Shown: positions 8,645 through 18,641, counted from the first letter of the stretch. The stretch is 64,000 bases of DNA from Candidatus Hydrogenedentota bacterium (GCA_963745075.1 CAVUWV010000019.1:41248-105247), one strand, 5' to 3'. A program made the numbers and translations. The notes: generated by a model not told the origin, from the letters alone.

Positions 8645-11166
8645 ACATCAAATCTCAACACATTTGATTTCTTGATGCCGATCGGTCGGTTGCGGGGTTC
8701 CGAATTGGCGGGTGCGACAGCGGCCATGTGCTGGTACGCGAATGCGGCGACGAGGTATGCGCCCACGGCCAACAGGACGACCGCACGAAATCCCAGGTGT
8801 ACCGCGCAAAGACTTGCTGTCAAAGCGCCTACGACCGACGCGCACCCGTTGATCCCCCACGCCCACGGCAGGAGAAGTTCATGGCGCAACGCAACAAGTT
8901 GCAGCCCGGTGGGAAAGGGGATCCCCATGGCAAAGGCGACGGGCGCCAGCAAGGCGATGCTCGCGGCGATCTTCACGAGGTCTGGCCAGCCCGAGCCGAA
9001 TGCGAAGACGGTACCCAAACCCGATAGATAGAGCACCGCGAGTACGCCAATGGCAGTGACGGTTGCCACCATTGGGTGGCGGCCCTGCCCGTGCAGACGG
9101 TCGGCGAAAAGGCTGCCGAGTCCGGAGAATACAAGAAATGCGGTCAGCACGACGGTTACGGCGTACATGGGAAAGGCGAGGAAGAGCATGAAACGCTGGA
9201 TGAAGGCAATTTCAAGGAACATGTATGCGAGTCCCAGCGCGGCGAAGTAGAAGAGGACCCAGCGCTTGGCCTTGGGGCTTGTTCCCCTTCGCGCGAATAC
9301 CATCAGCGGCGTGAGGATCAGTATGACGCTTACCGCAATCCCCTGAATGAGTGTGGCCACCAAGGCGAGATAACCCCATTCCATGTACGGGAGCCAGTTG
9401 GTTCCGAACTGGCGCAACAGCTTCGGAAGATACCGCCATTTTACGAACCGCGAAAAGTAGGGGCGGTCGTCCGTCGCAGGGCGGACGAAGAACACGCACT
9501 CGCGATAGGCGCGCTCGGGATCGCCGGATAGGATCTCCTGTGCGAAGCGATAGTAGGCCGGTTCCTCGAGTACCACGAACCGGTTTGCGTCTTCCGGTTC
9601 GATTCCCGGGAGATAACAGAGATCGAACCACCGGTCATTGCAGAACCGGCGGACCGCGGCGATGTCGCGTGCGTTCAATCCCTCACGGGTCACAAGCACC
9701 GTGGCGGTATTCCATGTCCGGATGAATATGAGATGATCGTCGGGCTGGTCGATGCCCGCGCGCCGGCACGCGGCGACGGCGGTGGCGAAGAGTTTCAGGG
9801 CGGTGCGCGGCGGCGTGTCAATCCAACAGGTCATGGAGAGCACGCCGTCAGACGTCAGTCGGTTGATGTAAAGGGACAGGGCCTCGATCGTATACAAGTA
9901 GCTTTCGGTCGCCGCCTGGGTACCCGCAGTGGACGCGAGGAAGGAACCCTGCACGGGCAGGATGATGAGGTCGTAGCAATTGCCGTGCGACTGGAGGAAG
10001 CCCCGTCCCTCGTCGATGTTTGCTGAAACGTCGTCCCGCGCGTAGATGTCGCCGGAGAACGCCGCAAGGGGACCGCGAACCAAGTCGATTACCGCGTGTT
10101 CAACCTCGACGGCGTTGACGTGCGATGCGCCATGGGCCAGTGCGCCGAGGATGTCCGCCCCGCCGCCGGAACCGATGACTACGGTGTGGGGATTCGATCG
10201 GGCCACACGGTAGGCGACGGCCGAAGTGACGTAATCAAGATACGCCATACGTCCAAGATCGCCGTCGAACCGGTTGACCGGTGAGACCGCGCCGGCATCG
10301 AAGAAAAGACCGATTTGTTCGGGTAACGGACCCAGTTCGCTCATGGGGTAGTTCGAAATCTGGCCGGGCGTTTCACGGATCTGTTTGGAAGCTACGGCCG
10401 TCACGACGGACATGGGGCTTACCGACTCCGCAACGATCCGTGCATCGGGGTACTGGAGCGCGTAGGAAAGCCCCTTGTATTCGGAAACGCGGACGGGGGT
10501 GGTCCAGTCCATCAGGAGCGGCAGCGCGGCCAGCGCGATTGTCGGGATTCCTACAAGTGGACCGAATCGAAATCGCCACGCCAGCAGCGTAAACGCGAAG
10601 GCGACGACGATGGCGAACACGTAGGGAAGTAACGCGGGTTGAACGTAATGCAAGAGGAAGATGACGGTCAGAGCGCCCATGCCCGAGCCGAGCATATTGA
10701 CGAAGTACATCCGTCCAACGGCGTTGGGGGTTAACATGAATCCGCACATGATGCACGTGGCCGTGAAGAAGAACGGGATGGTCAACACTGCGTACAGCGC
10801 GATGAGATTCGCCCATTGGCCCTGCATGGCCACAAGCTGCAAAGTCTCGAAAGGGATGCGCTGGCTGAGGTCGTAGCACAGAACCAGCGACAGGGCGAGC
10901 ATCAAGGTGCTGAATTGCAGCAGGCCAGCTTCATGGCCGCGCAAGAGGTTTTTCGCCAGGGCAATGACCGTTCCGCTGAGCCCGAACCCCAACATCGCGA
11001 TGCTGATGACCATGTAGGCGAAGTGGTGCCATTGCCCGATGGTGAACACGCGCATCAGCACGACTTGGTAGGCGATACCCACGGCACTGATGAGAAAGAT
11101 CGCGACGTGCAGTGCCGTAACGCGGTCGAAAACGTTTGAGCCTACGGTACCGTCCGAACTTCGCAT
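8641..11166 (-). CDS. Polytopic membrane protein with spermidine-synthase-like SAM-binding domain
   Basis: N- and C-terminal TM bundles; VIGSGGGADI, AVEVE, DEGRGFL, ESYLYTIEA, ATDDRPYF, WAWGING. Confidence 0.8.
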   Translation of the reverse strand: MRSSDGTVGSNVFDRVTALHVAIFLISAVGIAYQVVLMRVFTIGQWHHFAYMVISIAMLGFGLSGTVIALAKNLLRGHEAGLLQFSTLMLALSLVLCYDLSQRIPFETLQLVAMQGQWANLIALYAVLTIPFFFTATCIMCGFMLTPNAVGRMYFVNMLGSGMGALTVIFLLHYVQPALLPYVFAIVVAFAFTLLAWRFRFGPLVGIPTIALAALPLLMDWTTPVRVSEYKGLSYALQYPDARIVAESVSPMSVVTAVASKQIRETPGQISNYPMSELGPLPEQIGLFFDAGAVSPVNRFDGDLGRMAYLDYVTSAVAYRVARSNPHTVVIGSGGGADILGALAHGASHVNAVEVEHAVIDLVRGPLAAFSGDIYARDDVSANIDEGRGFLQSHGNCYDLIILPVQGSFLASTAGTQAATESYLYTIEALSLYINRLTSDGVLSMTCWIDTPPRTALKLFATAVAACRRAGIDQPDDHLIFIRTWNTATVLVTREGLNARDIAAVRRFCNDRWFDLCYLPGIEPEDANRFVVLEEPAYYRFAQEILSGDPERAYRECVFFVRPATDDRPYFSRFVKWRYLPKLLRQFGTNWLPYMEWGYLALVATLIQGIAVSVILILTPLMVFARRGTSPKAKRWVLFYFAALGLAYMFLEIAFIQRFMLFLAFPMYAVTVVLTAFLVFSGLGSLFADRLHGQGRHPMVATVTAIGVLAVLYLSGLGTVFAFGSGWPDLVKIAASIALLAPVAFAMGIPFPTGLQLVALRHELLLPWAWGINGCASVVGALTASLCAVHLGFRAVVLLAVGAYLVAAFAYQHMAAVAPANSEPRNRPIGIKKSNVLRFDV

Positions 11167-11215
11167 AGCACCACCGTACCAGGGCCGGCCGCGAGTGTAC
11201 GTCACCTTGGGAACG

Positions 11216-12034
11216 TCAGATGACTTCTCCCGCTCCGCCGGTCCCCGCCGAAGTTGTATCGCCTAGTTCGTTCCGGAAGCGTTCGAAATCCGCTTTCAAC
11301 GTCTTCGCGACGATGGCAAAATCGCTGCTGTGAACGATGAAATTCGTGCCCTGCTTGGCCCACTCGATTTCGCGCTCGATTTCTTCCGAGTAGTGAATGC
11401 CCACGCCCACCGAGGCGGCCCGTGCCTTCGTGATGATCGTCGTGATCGCTTCCTGGAACGTGGGATGCCCGTATTGCTCCGGAATACCGAGACTGATGGA
11501 CAAGTCGTGAGGTCCCACGAGCACCGCGTCGAGGTCCGGCACGGCGAGAATCCGATCGAGCGCCGACAAGGCCGGTGTGCTCTCGATGTTCACGACCATG
11601 ACGCGGTCGGCGTTGCGTTGGACCAGGTACTCGCCCGTTTCCTCGTTAGGGATCTCGTCGCCTTTCAGCACGGCGTCCAACCGCTTGCCCTTCAAGGGCC
11701 GCAGCTTGACCGCGCCGCGCAGCGCCATGACTTGGTCCACCGACTCCACGTAGGGCGCGATGATGCCGTGGGCGCCGCCGTCCAGCACCATGCAGGCCCG
11801 GTACGGGTCGGGTTCGGGGATGCGCACGATGGGGGCGATGTTCAGCGCGTCAAAAGTCCGGCACATCCAGGAGAGTGTCTCCCGCGCTAATGAAATGTGT
11901 TCGGTATCGATGAAGACAAAATCCATGCCCGTGCCGGCCATCATGGACGGCCATGCGGGTGACGGCGACACGCAACAGGTTCCATACACGCGTTTGCCGG
12001 ATCGCAGGGCGGCGGCCAGTTCTTTACCTCTCAT
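11216..12034 (-). CDS. HpcH/HpaI aldolase family protein
   Basis: DFVFIDTEH, LDGGAHGIIAPYVES, VNIES, VGPHDLSISLG. Confidence 0.9.
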   Translation of the reverse strand: MRGKELAAALRSGKRVYGTCCVSPSPAWPSMMAGTGMDFVFIDTEHISLARETLSWMCRTFDALNIAPIVRIPEPDPYRACMVLDGGAHGIIAPYVESVDQVMALRGAVKLRPLKGKRLDAVLKGDEIPNEETGEYLVQRNADRVMVVNIESTPALSALDRILAVPDLDAVLVGPHDLSISLGIPEQYGHPTFQEAITTIITKARAASVGVGIHYSEEIEREIEWAKQGTNFIVHSSDFAIVAKTLKADFERFRNELGDTTSAGTGGAGEVI

Positions 12035-12142
12035 GGTGGGTCGTACTCCCTCTGGTTTAGCTGATTCTCCATTGTAGTGGATTTTGCGCGGTGCTGCATC
12101 TTGAGAGCCGGGATCTGCGCAGGGAGTAGGTTTTTGGGCCGA

Positions 12143-12187
12143 TCGGACGGATCCGTCGGATCGGACCGATCGGTCGGATTGGACTGT
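12143..12187. repeat. 9-bp-period TCGGACCGA-like tandem repeat
   Basis: tcggacgga tccgtcgga tcggaccga tcggtcgga ttggactgt; related copy at 47576-47605. Confidence 0.7.
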
Positions 12188-12302
12188 CGGCCTGCGTTCC
12201 AACACGATGGTCGCCGTTGATGGATTTTTGGACGACGAGCCCGCGAGCCTCTACAATACTGGACCGCGAGGTCCCGTTTTCGGGAGTACAGGAGAGCACG
12301 CC

Positions 12303-13026
12303 ATGCAGAAGGTATCGCATTTCCCCACGGCATTTGTTGCGCGTATTGCCACGATTCTTGTTCTCGGGGCAATGCTTTTTGCTGCGTCTGCCGCGCACGC
12401 CCAAAAGGAGGACCGCTGGGAGCCGGCTATCCAGGCCTTCGAGGCGCAGGACCGCGACGCGATGCCGCCGGAAGGCGCGGTGCTCTTTGTCGGGAGTTCC
12501 AGCATCCGGGTCTGGGATTTGGACGAATCGTTTTCCCGATCTCGTGACGATTAATCGCGGATTCGGCGGCTCGACGATTGCCGATGTGAACCGGTACGTG
12601 GACCGCATCGTCATTCCCTACAAGCCCGCGACGATTGTCTTTTACGCGGGCGATAACGACGTGGCCCAGGGAACGACTGCGGAACAGGTGTTTGAAAATT
12701 TTAAGACCTTTGTGGGAAAGGTCGGGGCCGCGCTGCCGGACACCAAAGTCATTTTCATCTCCATCAAACCGAGCGTCGCGCGGTGGAAGCTGTGGGATGA
12801 GATGAAGAAGGCGAACGGACTAATCGAGGACTACTGCGGGAAGGATGATCGGCTAACCTACGTGGACCTCGGCGCATTGCTCCTTGGCGAAGACGGCAAA
12901 CCGCGAGCCGACTTGTTCAGGGAGGATGGCTTGCACCTCAACAAGGACGGCTACGCCAAGTGGAACGCAGCGCTGCGTCCCTACCTTGTTAACGCGATGA
13001 AGAAGGAAGAGGCGAAGGCGAAGTAA
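12303..13026 (+). CDS. Secreted SGNH/GDSL hydrolase (+1 frameshift near 12531-12537)
   Basis: Signal peptide and LFVGSSSIRVW in one frame; INRGFGGS, YAGDND, DGLHL in the next; deleting one T of TTTT joins them. Confidence 0.8.
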
Positions 13027-13052
13027 GCGAGACTGGGCTCAGCGAAATGGTT

Positions 13053-14312
13053 TCATTCCGCAAGGCGAATTAAGGCGCGGCCTGCGTGGAAGGAGGTCTT
13101 CCACTCGTTGCCTTTGTCGGTGGTCAGGGGTTGGCCGGTGTCCCAGTGCACGTCTTGGTACCAATCGCCGTATTCGTGGTCGATCTGGTAGGTCCATACC
13201 CAGTCGAACAGGTTCCGCAGCGCGTCGCGGTATTTCTCATCGTTGGTCCACGCAAAGGCATCGACGAGGGCGTTTAACATTTCTGCTTGACCCCACCAGG
13301 GTTTTAGCAAGCGGTCTTCCGGCAGGTCAGTCGCATTGACTACGTGGCCGGTCATCGGTCCATAGGCCGCAAGTCCGCCGCGATCACGATCGAACCCAAA
13401 TTTTAGCGCGTGGTCGATAAGTCCGAGGGCCGCATCCCGATAGTCGTCGCGCGGTTCGCCCAACACATCCGCCGCCGCGAGGAGGAGCCAGGCCATTTCG
13501 ACGTTTAGTCCGTAGGACGTGGTCATCACGCCGTGCGCATCCGAAACGGGATTCCAGTCGTAGTCAAAAGCGGTGATGCTGCATCCATGTTCGGCGTGAA
13601 TGCCCTTGTCCCGGATGAGTTGGGTCACATTGCGCAAGGCAGCGAGATGTTTCGGGTCGCGCGTGGCACCCGCAAGATACACGAGGCACTCCATCATGTT
13701 GGTGTGCATGTCAACGGTCTTGATCTTCGGCTGCGCGCCAAGGTGCATCTGGTCGGCGTTCAATGCGGGCCAGTCTTTGTCATCGAAGTCTTCGATGTAT
13801 CCCATGTCGCGATCCGCGGCCTTGGTCTGGACCACGTCAAACACGCGGTTCACCCATTCCGATACGTCCTCGCGTTGTGATGCGCGATAGAATTCCGCGA
13901 GACCCGTAATGGCGTAGGCGTGGAAGTCTGTGTTCTTGCGCGTGCACTTGGGTTTTCCGCCGCGTGTGACGGAGAAGTAGAATCCGCCATCCCGCTCGTC
14001 CCACATACATTGGGTCACGAAATCGAAGGCCTTGGACGCGAGGTCGAGGTAGCCGCGATCGGTCAAACCATGCCGATGCGCCGCCGAGAGACTCGCGATC
14101 ATGCGAACCTGCATCATGAGGATCTTTTCGCTGTCATCGAGGCGACGGCCTTGCCGGTCAAGCCGCGTCAGGAACCCGCCGTACTGGTCGTCCCAGGCGT
14201 GGTTGGCCCAGAACGGCATCAGGTTTTCGGCCAGCGCGGATTCGGCGCGGGAGCGGATATTGGAAGATGGATGATCGATGCCGGAAATCGAGTGTTTTCG
14301 TGTGTTTTCCAT
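13053..14312 (-). CDS. AGE-family (cellobiose 2-epimerase-like) protein with atypical active site
   Basis: LMPFW...DDQYGGF, MQVRMI, WDERDGGFYFSV, WWGQAE, IDHEYGDWY, FHAGRA. Confidence 0.8.
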   Translation of the reverse strand: MENTRKHSISGIDHPSSNIRSRAESALAENLMPFWANHAWDDQYGGFLTRLDRQGRRLDDSEKILMMQVRMIASLSAAHRHGLTDRGYLDLASKAFDFVTQCMWDERDGGFYFSVTRGGKPKCTRKNTDFHAYAITGLAEFYRASQREDVSEWVNRVFDVVQTKAADRDMGYIEDFDDKDWPALNADQMHLGAQPKIKTVDMHTNMMECLVYLAGATRDPKHLAALRNVTQLIRDKGIHAEHGCSITAFDYDWNPVSDAHGVMTTSYGLNVEMAWLLLAAADVLGEPRDDYRDAALGLIDHALKFGFDRDRGGLAAYGPMTGHVVNATDLPEDRLLKPWWGQAEMLNALVDAFAWTNDEKYRDALRNLFDWVWTYQIDHEYGDWYQDVHWDTGQPLTTDKGNEWKTSFHAGRALIRLAE

Positions 14313-14569
14313 CTTTCGTATTTTAGCCTTGGTGCGTTCCGGTCTGTATTTCTTGCGAACAACGCTCAGAGGATGAACGTTACAGGCCCGTTGGATCAAG
14401 GATGCCGTATGCGGATAGACCCGAGACGCCCGGAAAAGGGCCGCACTGGGAGCCAGGCGCTCCCAATGCGGCGAAGGGTGACTTCCCGCTTGATTCTCGA
14501 GTTTGTCCCGCCACACCACGGTGTTTTACGTCGTCATTCGTGCGAAACCACCACGGCACAAAATGCAGT

Positions 14570-14599
14570 TTGACTGCATCTTGCGGGCTTTGGTAGACT
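14570..14599 (+). promoter_or_regulatory. Sigma70 promoter of infC operon
   Basis: TTGACT-18 bp-TAGACT with TG extended -10. Confidence 0.6.
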
Positions 14600-14614
14600 A
14601 GCGTGCTTTTGAAG

Positions 14615-14742
14615 AGCAAGTAGAAGCACGCGCTTCTCACCTTGCCGCGATCCCGGGGACGGGATTTGGGCGCAAGGTTGTCAGCATGGGATACCTATGT
14701 GTTCTCGGCGGCAGAGGCGTGTTGTGCCTTGCCGCCTTTTTT
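14615..14742 (+). ncRNA. Ribosomal protein L20 leader-like cis-regulatory RNA with intrinsic terminator
   Basis: AGTAGAAGCACGCGCTTCTCACC resembles the Firmicute infC leader as I recall it; hairpin AGAAGC/GCTTCT, helix ACCTTGC/GCAAGGT, terminator GGCGGCAGAGGC/GCCTTGCCGCC-T6; upstream of infC-rpmI-rplT. Confidence 0.75.
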
Positions 14743-14821
14743 GTGCGTGCGGGTGGATGCCGTGGTCCGTCCGGGCGCAGTGGATGAAAATCGAGTACAC
14801 GGGAGGCAGGAGGGAACACTA

Positions 14822-15352
14822 ATCGCCAGGCCTATTGAGCAACGAGTGCGGGTGAATGAGACCATTAACGCCCGCCAGGTCCGCGTCATTGATGAGGAAG
14901 GTAACCAGTTGGGGATTATGTCCCCGGCCGATGCGTTACGCGACGCCTACGAACGCGGGCTGGATTTAGTTGAAGTAGCGCCGAATGCGTCACCGACGGT
15001 GTGCCGCATCATGGACTACGGAAAGTACAAGTACCAGCAGAGCAAGCGTCAAAAGGAATCGAAGAAGCACCAGCATACGGTCACGGTGAAGGAAGTGAAG
15101 TACCGGCCAAAGATCGACAAGCACGACTTCGATTACAAGACGAACCACGTGCGCGAGTTCCTGGGAGAAGGCAATAAAGTCAAAGTTACCGTGATGTTCC
15201 GCGGCCGCGAACTCGCGCATCCGGAGTTTGGACACGAGATCCTCACCCGCGTGCTCGAGGCGACCCGCGACCTATGCCAGGATCAGATCGATCCCAGGCG
15301 ACAGCGCCTGGAAGGGCGGAACATGACGATAGTGCTGACGCCGTCCAAGTAG
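14822..15352 (+). CDS. infC: Translation initiation factor IF-3, probable non-canonical ATC start
   Basis: RVNETINARQVRVI, DLVEVAPNA, CRIMDYGKYKY, KVKVTVMFRGRE; AGGAGG 8 nt before in-frame ATC. Confidence 0.95.
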   Translation: MARPIEQRVRVNETINARQVRVIDEEGNQLGIMSPADALRDAYERGLDLVEVAPNASPTVCRIMDYGKYKYQQSKRQKESKKHQHTVTVKEVKYRPKIDKHDFDYKTNHVREFLGEGNKVKVTVMFRGRELAHPEFGHEILTRVLEATRDLCQDQIDPRRQRLEGRNMTIVLTPSK

Positions 15353-15538
15353 GGCGGGCGTCCGGCTGATAGCGATTGCAGCGGTTTCCCTCGTACGGCG
15401 GGGGAGGGATGTGGCGATCAACGGAGCGTGGCGGCGGAGATCGCGGCGTGTTTGCGCTGCGTGCGTCGAAGTGACGTTCCGTGAACGACGAGATCCCGGA
15501 CAGCGCGAAAAGCGGTCCGGAGTGATGGAGGATTACGA

Positions 15539-15736
15539 ATGCCGAAAATGAAAACCAACCGATCCGCGTCCAAGCGGCTGAAGCGCACCAAGACCGGTAA
15601 GTTTAAGCGGTTTAATGCCTTTGCGCGGCATAAGCTGACTCACAAGACGGCGAAGCGGCGCCGGCGCTTGCGTACGGCCGTACTGGTCGACGGCTCCGAG
15701 CAGAAGCGTGTGGAACGCATGCTTCCGTACGGCTGA
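15539..15736 (+). CDS. rpmI: 50S ribosomal protein L35
   Basis: MPKMKTNRSASKRLKRTKTGK. Confidence 0.97.
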   Translation: MPKMKTNRSASKRLKRTKTGKFKRFNAFARHKLTHKTAKRRRRLRTAVLVDGSEQKRVERMLPYG

Positions 15737-15807
15737 CCGTAGCGCAACCCGAGGAAAACACGCACCGAAGGCGCCCGCCAGGGCCCAACGGATGGAGGAT
15801 TTGAACG

Positions 15808-16173
15808 ATGCCAAGATCTACGAACGCGCCGGCTTCCCGGAGCCGCCGCAAGAAATTTATCAAGCGGGCCGCCGGCTACCGGGGGAGCCGCCATCGCCTG
15901 TTGAAGACCGCCCGGCAAGCCGTCGAGCATGCGGGTACCTACGCCTATCGTGATCGCAAGACGCGCAAACGGGACTTCCGGAAACTCTGGATCGCCCGTA
16001 TCAATGCCGCGACGCGCGCCGAAGGGCTGACTTACAGCCGGTTCATTTTGGGCTTGAAACTTGCCAATATCAACGTCAACCGGAAGATGCTGGCCGAAAT
16101 CGCGGCGACGGATGAGGCCGGGTTTCAGCGTCTGGTGGAAGTGGTGAAGGCCAAGCTCCAGGCTGCGGCGTAA
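15808..16173 (+). CDS. rplT: 50S ribosomal protein L20
   Basis: YAYRDRKTRKRDFRKLWIARINAA, NRKMLAEIA. Confidence 0.97.
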   Translation: MPRSTNAPASRSRRKKFIKRAAGYRGSRHRLLKTARQAVEHAGTYAYRDRKTRKRDFRKLWIARINAATRAEGLTYSRFILGLKLANINVNRKMLAEIAATDEAGFQRLVEVVKAKLQAAA

Positions 16174-16178
16174 CGCGC

Positions 16179-16907
16179 ATGCGGGTAGTCCCTGCAGTAG
16201 ACATTCGGGGCGGACACTGCGTGAACTTGGTCCAAGGCGACTACGACCAGGAGACGGTGTTTGGTGAAGATCCCGTGGCCCAGGCGATCGCCTGGCACGA
16301 GCAAGGCGCTGAAATGGTCCATATCGTAGACCTGGACGGCGCGCGCAAGGGGCAACTCTGTGTTTTGGCGGAAGTCTTGCAGATGTCGGCTATCCGTATC
16401 CCCGTGGAAGTGGGCGGCGGAATTCGGACCGTCTGCGATCTCGACATGGCCTTCCAGGCGGGTGCCGCTCGCGCCATTCTCGGTACGGCAGCGTTTCGCG
16501 ATCCCCGGTTTCTGCGGACCGCGGTGGCGACGTACCCCGGGCTGGTCGCGGTCGGTATCGATGCCCGTGGCGGCAAGGTGTCGTTGAGCGCCTGGACGGA
16601 GGATACGCAGGAAGACGCCGTTCGTTTCGCCAAGCAGGTGGAAGAGGCGGGCGCCTGCCGGATCATTTACACCGATATTCTGAGTGACGGCATGATGCGC
16701 GGCCCCAATCTCGAAGCGACGCGCGCCGTCGCGCAGGCCGTGAATATCCCCGTGACGGTGTCCGGCGGCGTGTCGTCCCTGGACGACATACGCAATGTCT
16801 GCGCGTTGGAACCGGACGGGGTTGACGAAGTCATTGTCGGCCGTGCCCTCTATGTGGGGGCGTTTACGTTGCCCGAGGCGATTGAGGTGACGCGGGAGGG
16901 TTCGTGA
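16179..16907 (+). CDS. hisA: ProFAR isomerase HisA
   Basis: PAVDIRGG, HIVDLDGA, EVGGGIRT, YTDILSDGMMRGPN, SGGVSSLDD, GRALY. Confidence 0.93.
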   Translation: MRVVPAVDIRGGHCVNLVQGDYDQETVFGEDPVAQAIAWHEQGAEMVHIVDLDGARKGQLCVLAEVLQMSAIRIPVEVGGGIRTVCDLDMAFQAGAARAILGTAAFRDPRFLRTAVATYPGLVAVGIDARGGKVSLSAWTEDTQEDAVRFAKQVEEAGACRIIYTDILSDGMMRGPNLEATRAVAQAVNIPVTVSGGVSSLDDIRNVCALEPDGVDEVIVGRALYVGAFTLPEAIEVTREGS

Positions 16908-17762
16908 ACCCGAACTTCGGAACAGTCACTATCGTCGGCGTCGGATTGCTAGGCGGATCCCTGGGCCTTGCATTGAAGGAGCGAGGCCTCAGCCGTCTGG
17001 TCCGCGGGGTGGGCCACCGCCAGGTGTCGTTAGACGCCGCGCTCGCCCGGAAAGCAATCGACGAAGCATTTCTCGATCTTCCCCCTGCACTAAAAGACGC
17101 CGATCTCGTAGTTATTTGCACGCCCGCTGGGTTGGTCCCGGAAACGTTGGACCGGATTCGGCGGGCGACTTCTTCTTCCGCCGCGATCACCGATGTGGCG
17201 AGCACGAAGGCGGCGATTTGCGCTCACGCCGACCAATGTTGGCCCGGACGCCGCCGGTTTGTCGGTAGTCACCCCATGGCCGGTTCGGAAAAGTTCGGGC
17301 CGGAGCACGCCACCGCGGACCTGTACGAGGGCTGTGTCACAATCCTGGAACCGTTGGCGGGGCAGGACCCCGACGCGCACGAAACGGTCCGAAGGCTGTG
17401 GAGTGCGGTCGGCGCGTCGATCGTGGAACTGGATCCCGGAACGGCACGACACACTTGTGGCGCGAACCAGCCACATCCCCCACATAATGGCGGCACTCGT
17501 CGCGGAACAAGCAACCTGGGCGCGGGGCGTGCCGTCCGTAATCGGCAAAGGCTTTCTCGACACCACCCGCGTGGCGGCAGGCCGGCCGGAAATCTGGCGC
17601 GACATCTGCCTGACCAATCACGAGGCGATTGTCGCCGGACTGGATGATCTGGCAACTCGCCTGGTGGCTGTACGGGCCGCCATTGAAAACGGCGCTGGAG
17701 ATGAACTGGCCGCGTTCTTTGAGGCGGCCCGCGTAGCACGCGAACAGGTGCTGGACCGATGA
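16904..17762 (+). CDS. tyrA: Prephenate/arogenate dehydrogenase (+1 frameshift near 17435)
   Basis: GVGLLGGSLG, TDVASTK, GSHPMAGSE; then HDTLVARTSHIPH, DTTRVAAG.PEIWRDI in the next frame. Confidence 0.88.
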
Positions 17763-18394
17763 ACGGTGTATTTATCACGGTCGAAGGTGTGGAAGGCTGC
17801 GGGAAATCCACGCAGATTGCCCTCTTGAAGAAGTATCTCGAATCGGCGGGCCGCGACGTGGTCGTTACGCGGGAACCGGGCGGTACCCCCATCGCCGAAA
17901 CCATTCGTGGAATTTTACTGGATCCCGAAAACGCGGAATTGTCGCCGGTTGCCGAAGCCTTTCTGTACGCAGCCGCCCGCGCGCAGCACGTGGATGAGTT
18001 TATCCGCCCCGCGTTGGGGGCCGGCAACGTGGTTTTAAGCGATCGGTTTGCGGACAGCACCACGGCGTATCAAGGGGCGGGTCGCGCATTGGCCGCCGAT
18101 ACGATCCGGACCTTGCACGCCATCGCAACGCGCGGCACCTGGCCCGAATTGACTATCGTGGTGGATGTGCCCGTGGAAGAGGGTCTGGCACGAGCGGCGC
18201 ATGGGAATGAGCTGGATCGCATCGAACGGGAACCCCTCGAATTCCATCAACGGGTCCGGGAAGGTTTCTTGGCGATCGCCCGAAGCGAGCCGGAGCGGGT
18301 CCATGTCATAGACGGCACCCAGCCGGTCGACGCGGTTGCCGCCGCGATCCGCGATTTGGTAAAAGGACTTCTTCTGCTAGGTGACACGGTATGA
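17759..18394 (+). CDS. tmk: Thymidylate kinase
   Basis: FITVEGVEGCGKSTQ, TREPGGT, DRFADSTTAYQG. Confidence 0.96.
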   Translation: MNGVFITVEGVEGCGKSTQIALLKKYLESAGRDVVVTREPGGTPIAETIRGILLDPENAELSPVAEAFLYAAARAQHVDEFIRPALGAGNVVLSDRFADSTTAYQGAGRALAADTIRTLHAIATRGTWPELTIVVDVPVEEGLARAAHGNELDRIEREPLEFHQRVREGFLAIARSEPERVHVIDGTQPVDAVAAAIRDLVKGLLLLGDTV

Positions 18395-18480
18395 GGCTGT
18401 GGTTAGACGGTGCACAATGCGCGCAGAAGGGACAAGCATTCCCCACTGAAGACAGAGATTTGGAAAACGAGCGACGTAAG

Positions 18481-18641
18481 AACATCCCCCTTAATCCCCC
18501 TTCAAAGGGGGAATTCGCGGCCCGAAGTGTCAGCCATGCACCAGGGCGAAGGAGCATCGTGGAGGTCTTCGGTGGTCCAAAACGCATCGCAAAGCGTTGC
18601 GCGGAAAATTCCCCCATTGAAGGGGGATCAAGGGGGATGTT
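18481..18641. repeat. MITE/REPIN-like element with 35-bp terminal inverted repeats
   Basis: AACATCCCCCTTAATCCCCCTTCAAAGGGGGAATT (18481-18515) versus 18607-18641 reverse complement, 2 mismatches. Confidence 0.85.

Noticed and set aside
14642..14821. N-terminal extension of IF3 in the ORF track
   Set aside because: Overlaps the leader RNA and terminator; the RBS points to the ATC at 14822
15353..15538. Structured RNA between infC and rpmI
   Set aside because: GC-rich with possible pairing, but no convincing stem or known motif by eye
18481..18641. CRISPR array
   Set aside because: Only two copies, in inverted orientation; no spacer series and no cas genes
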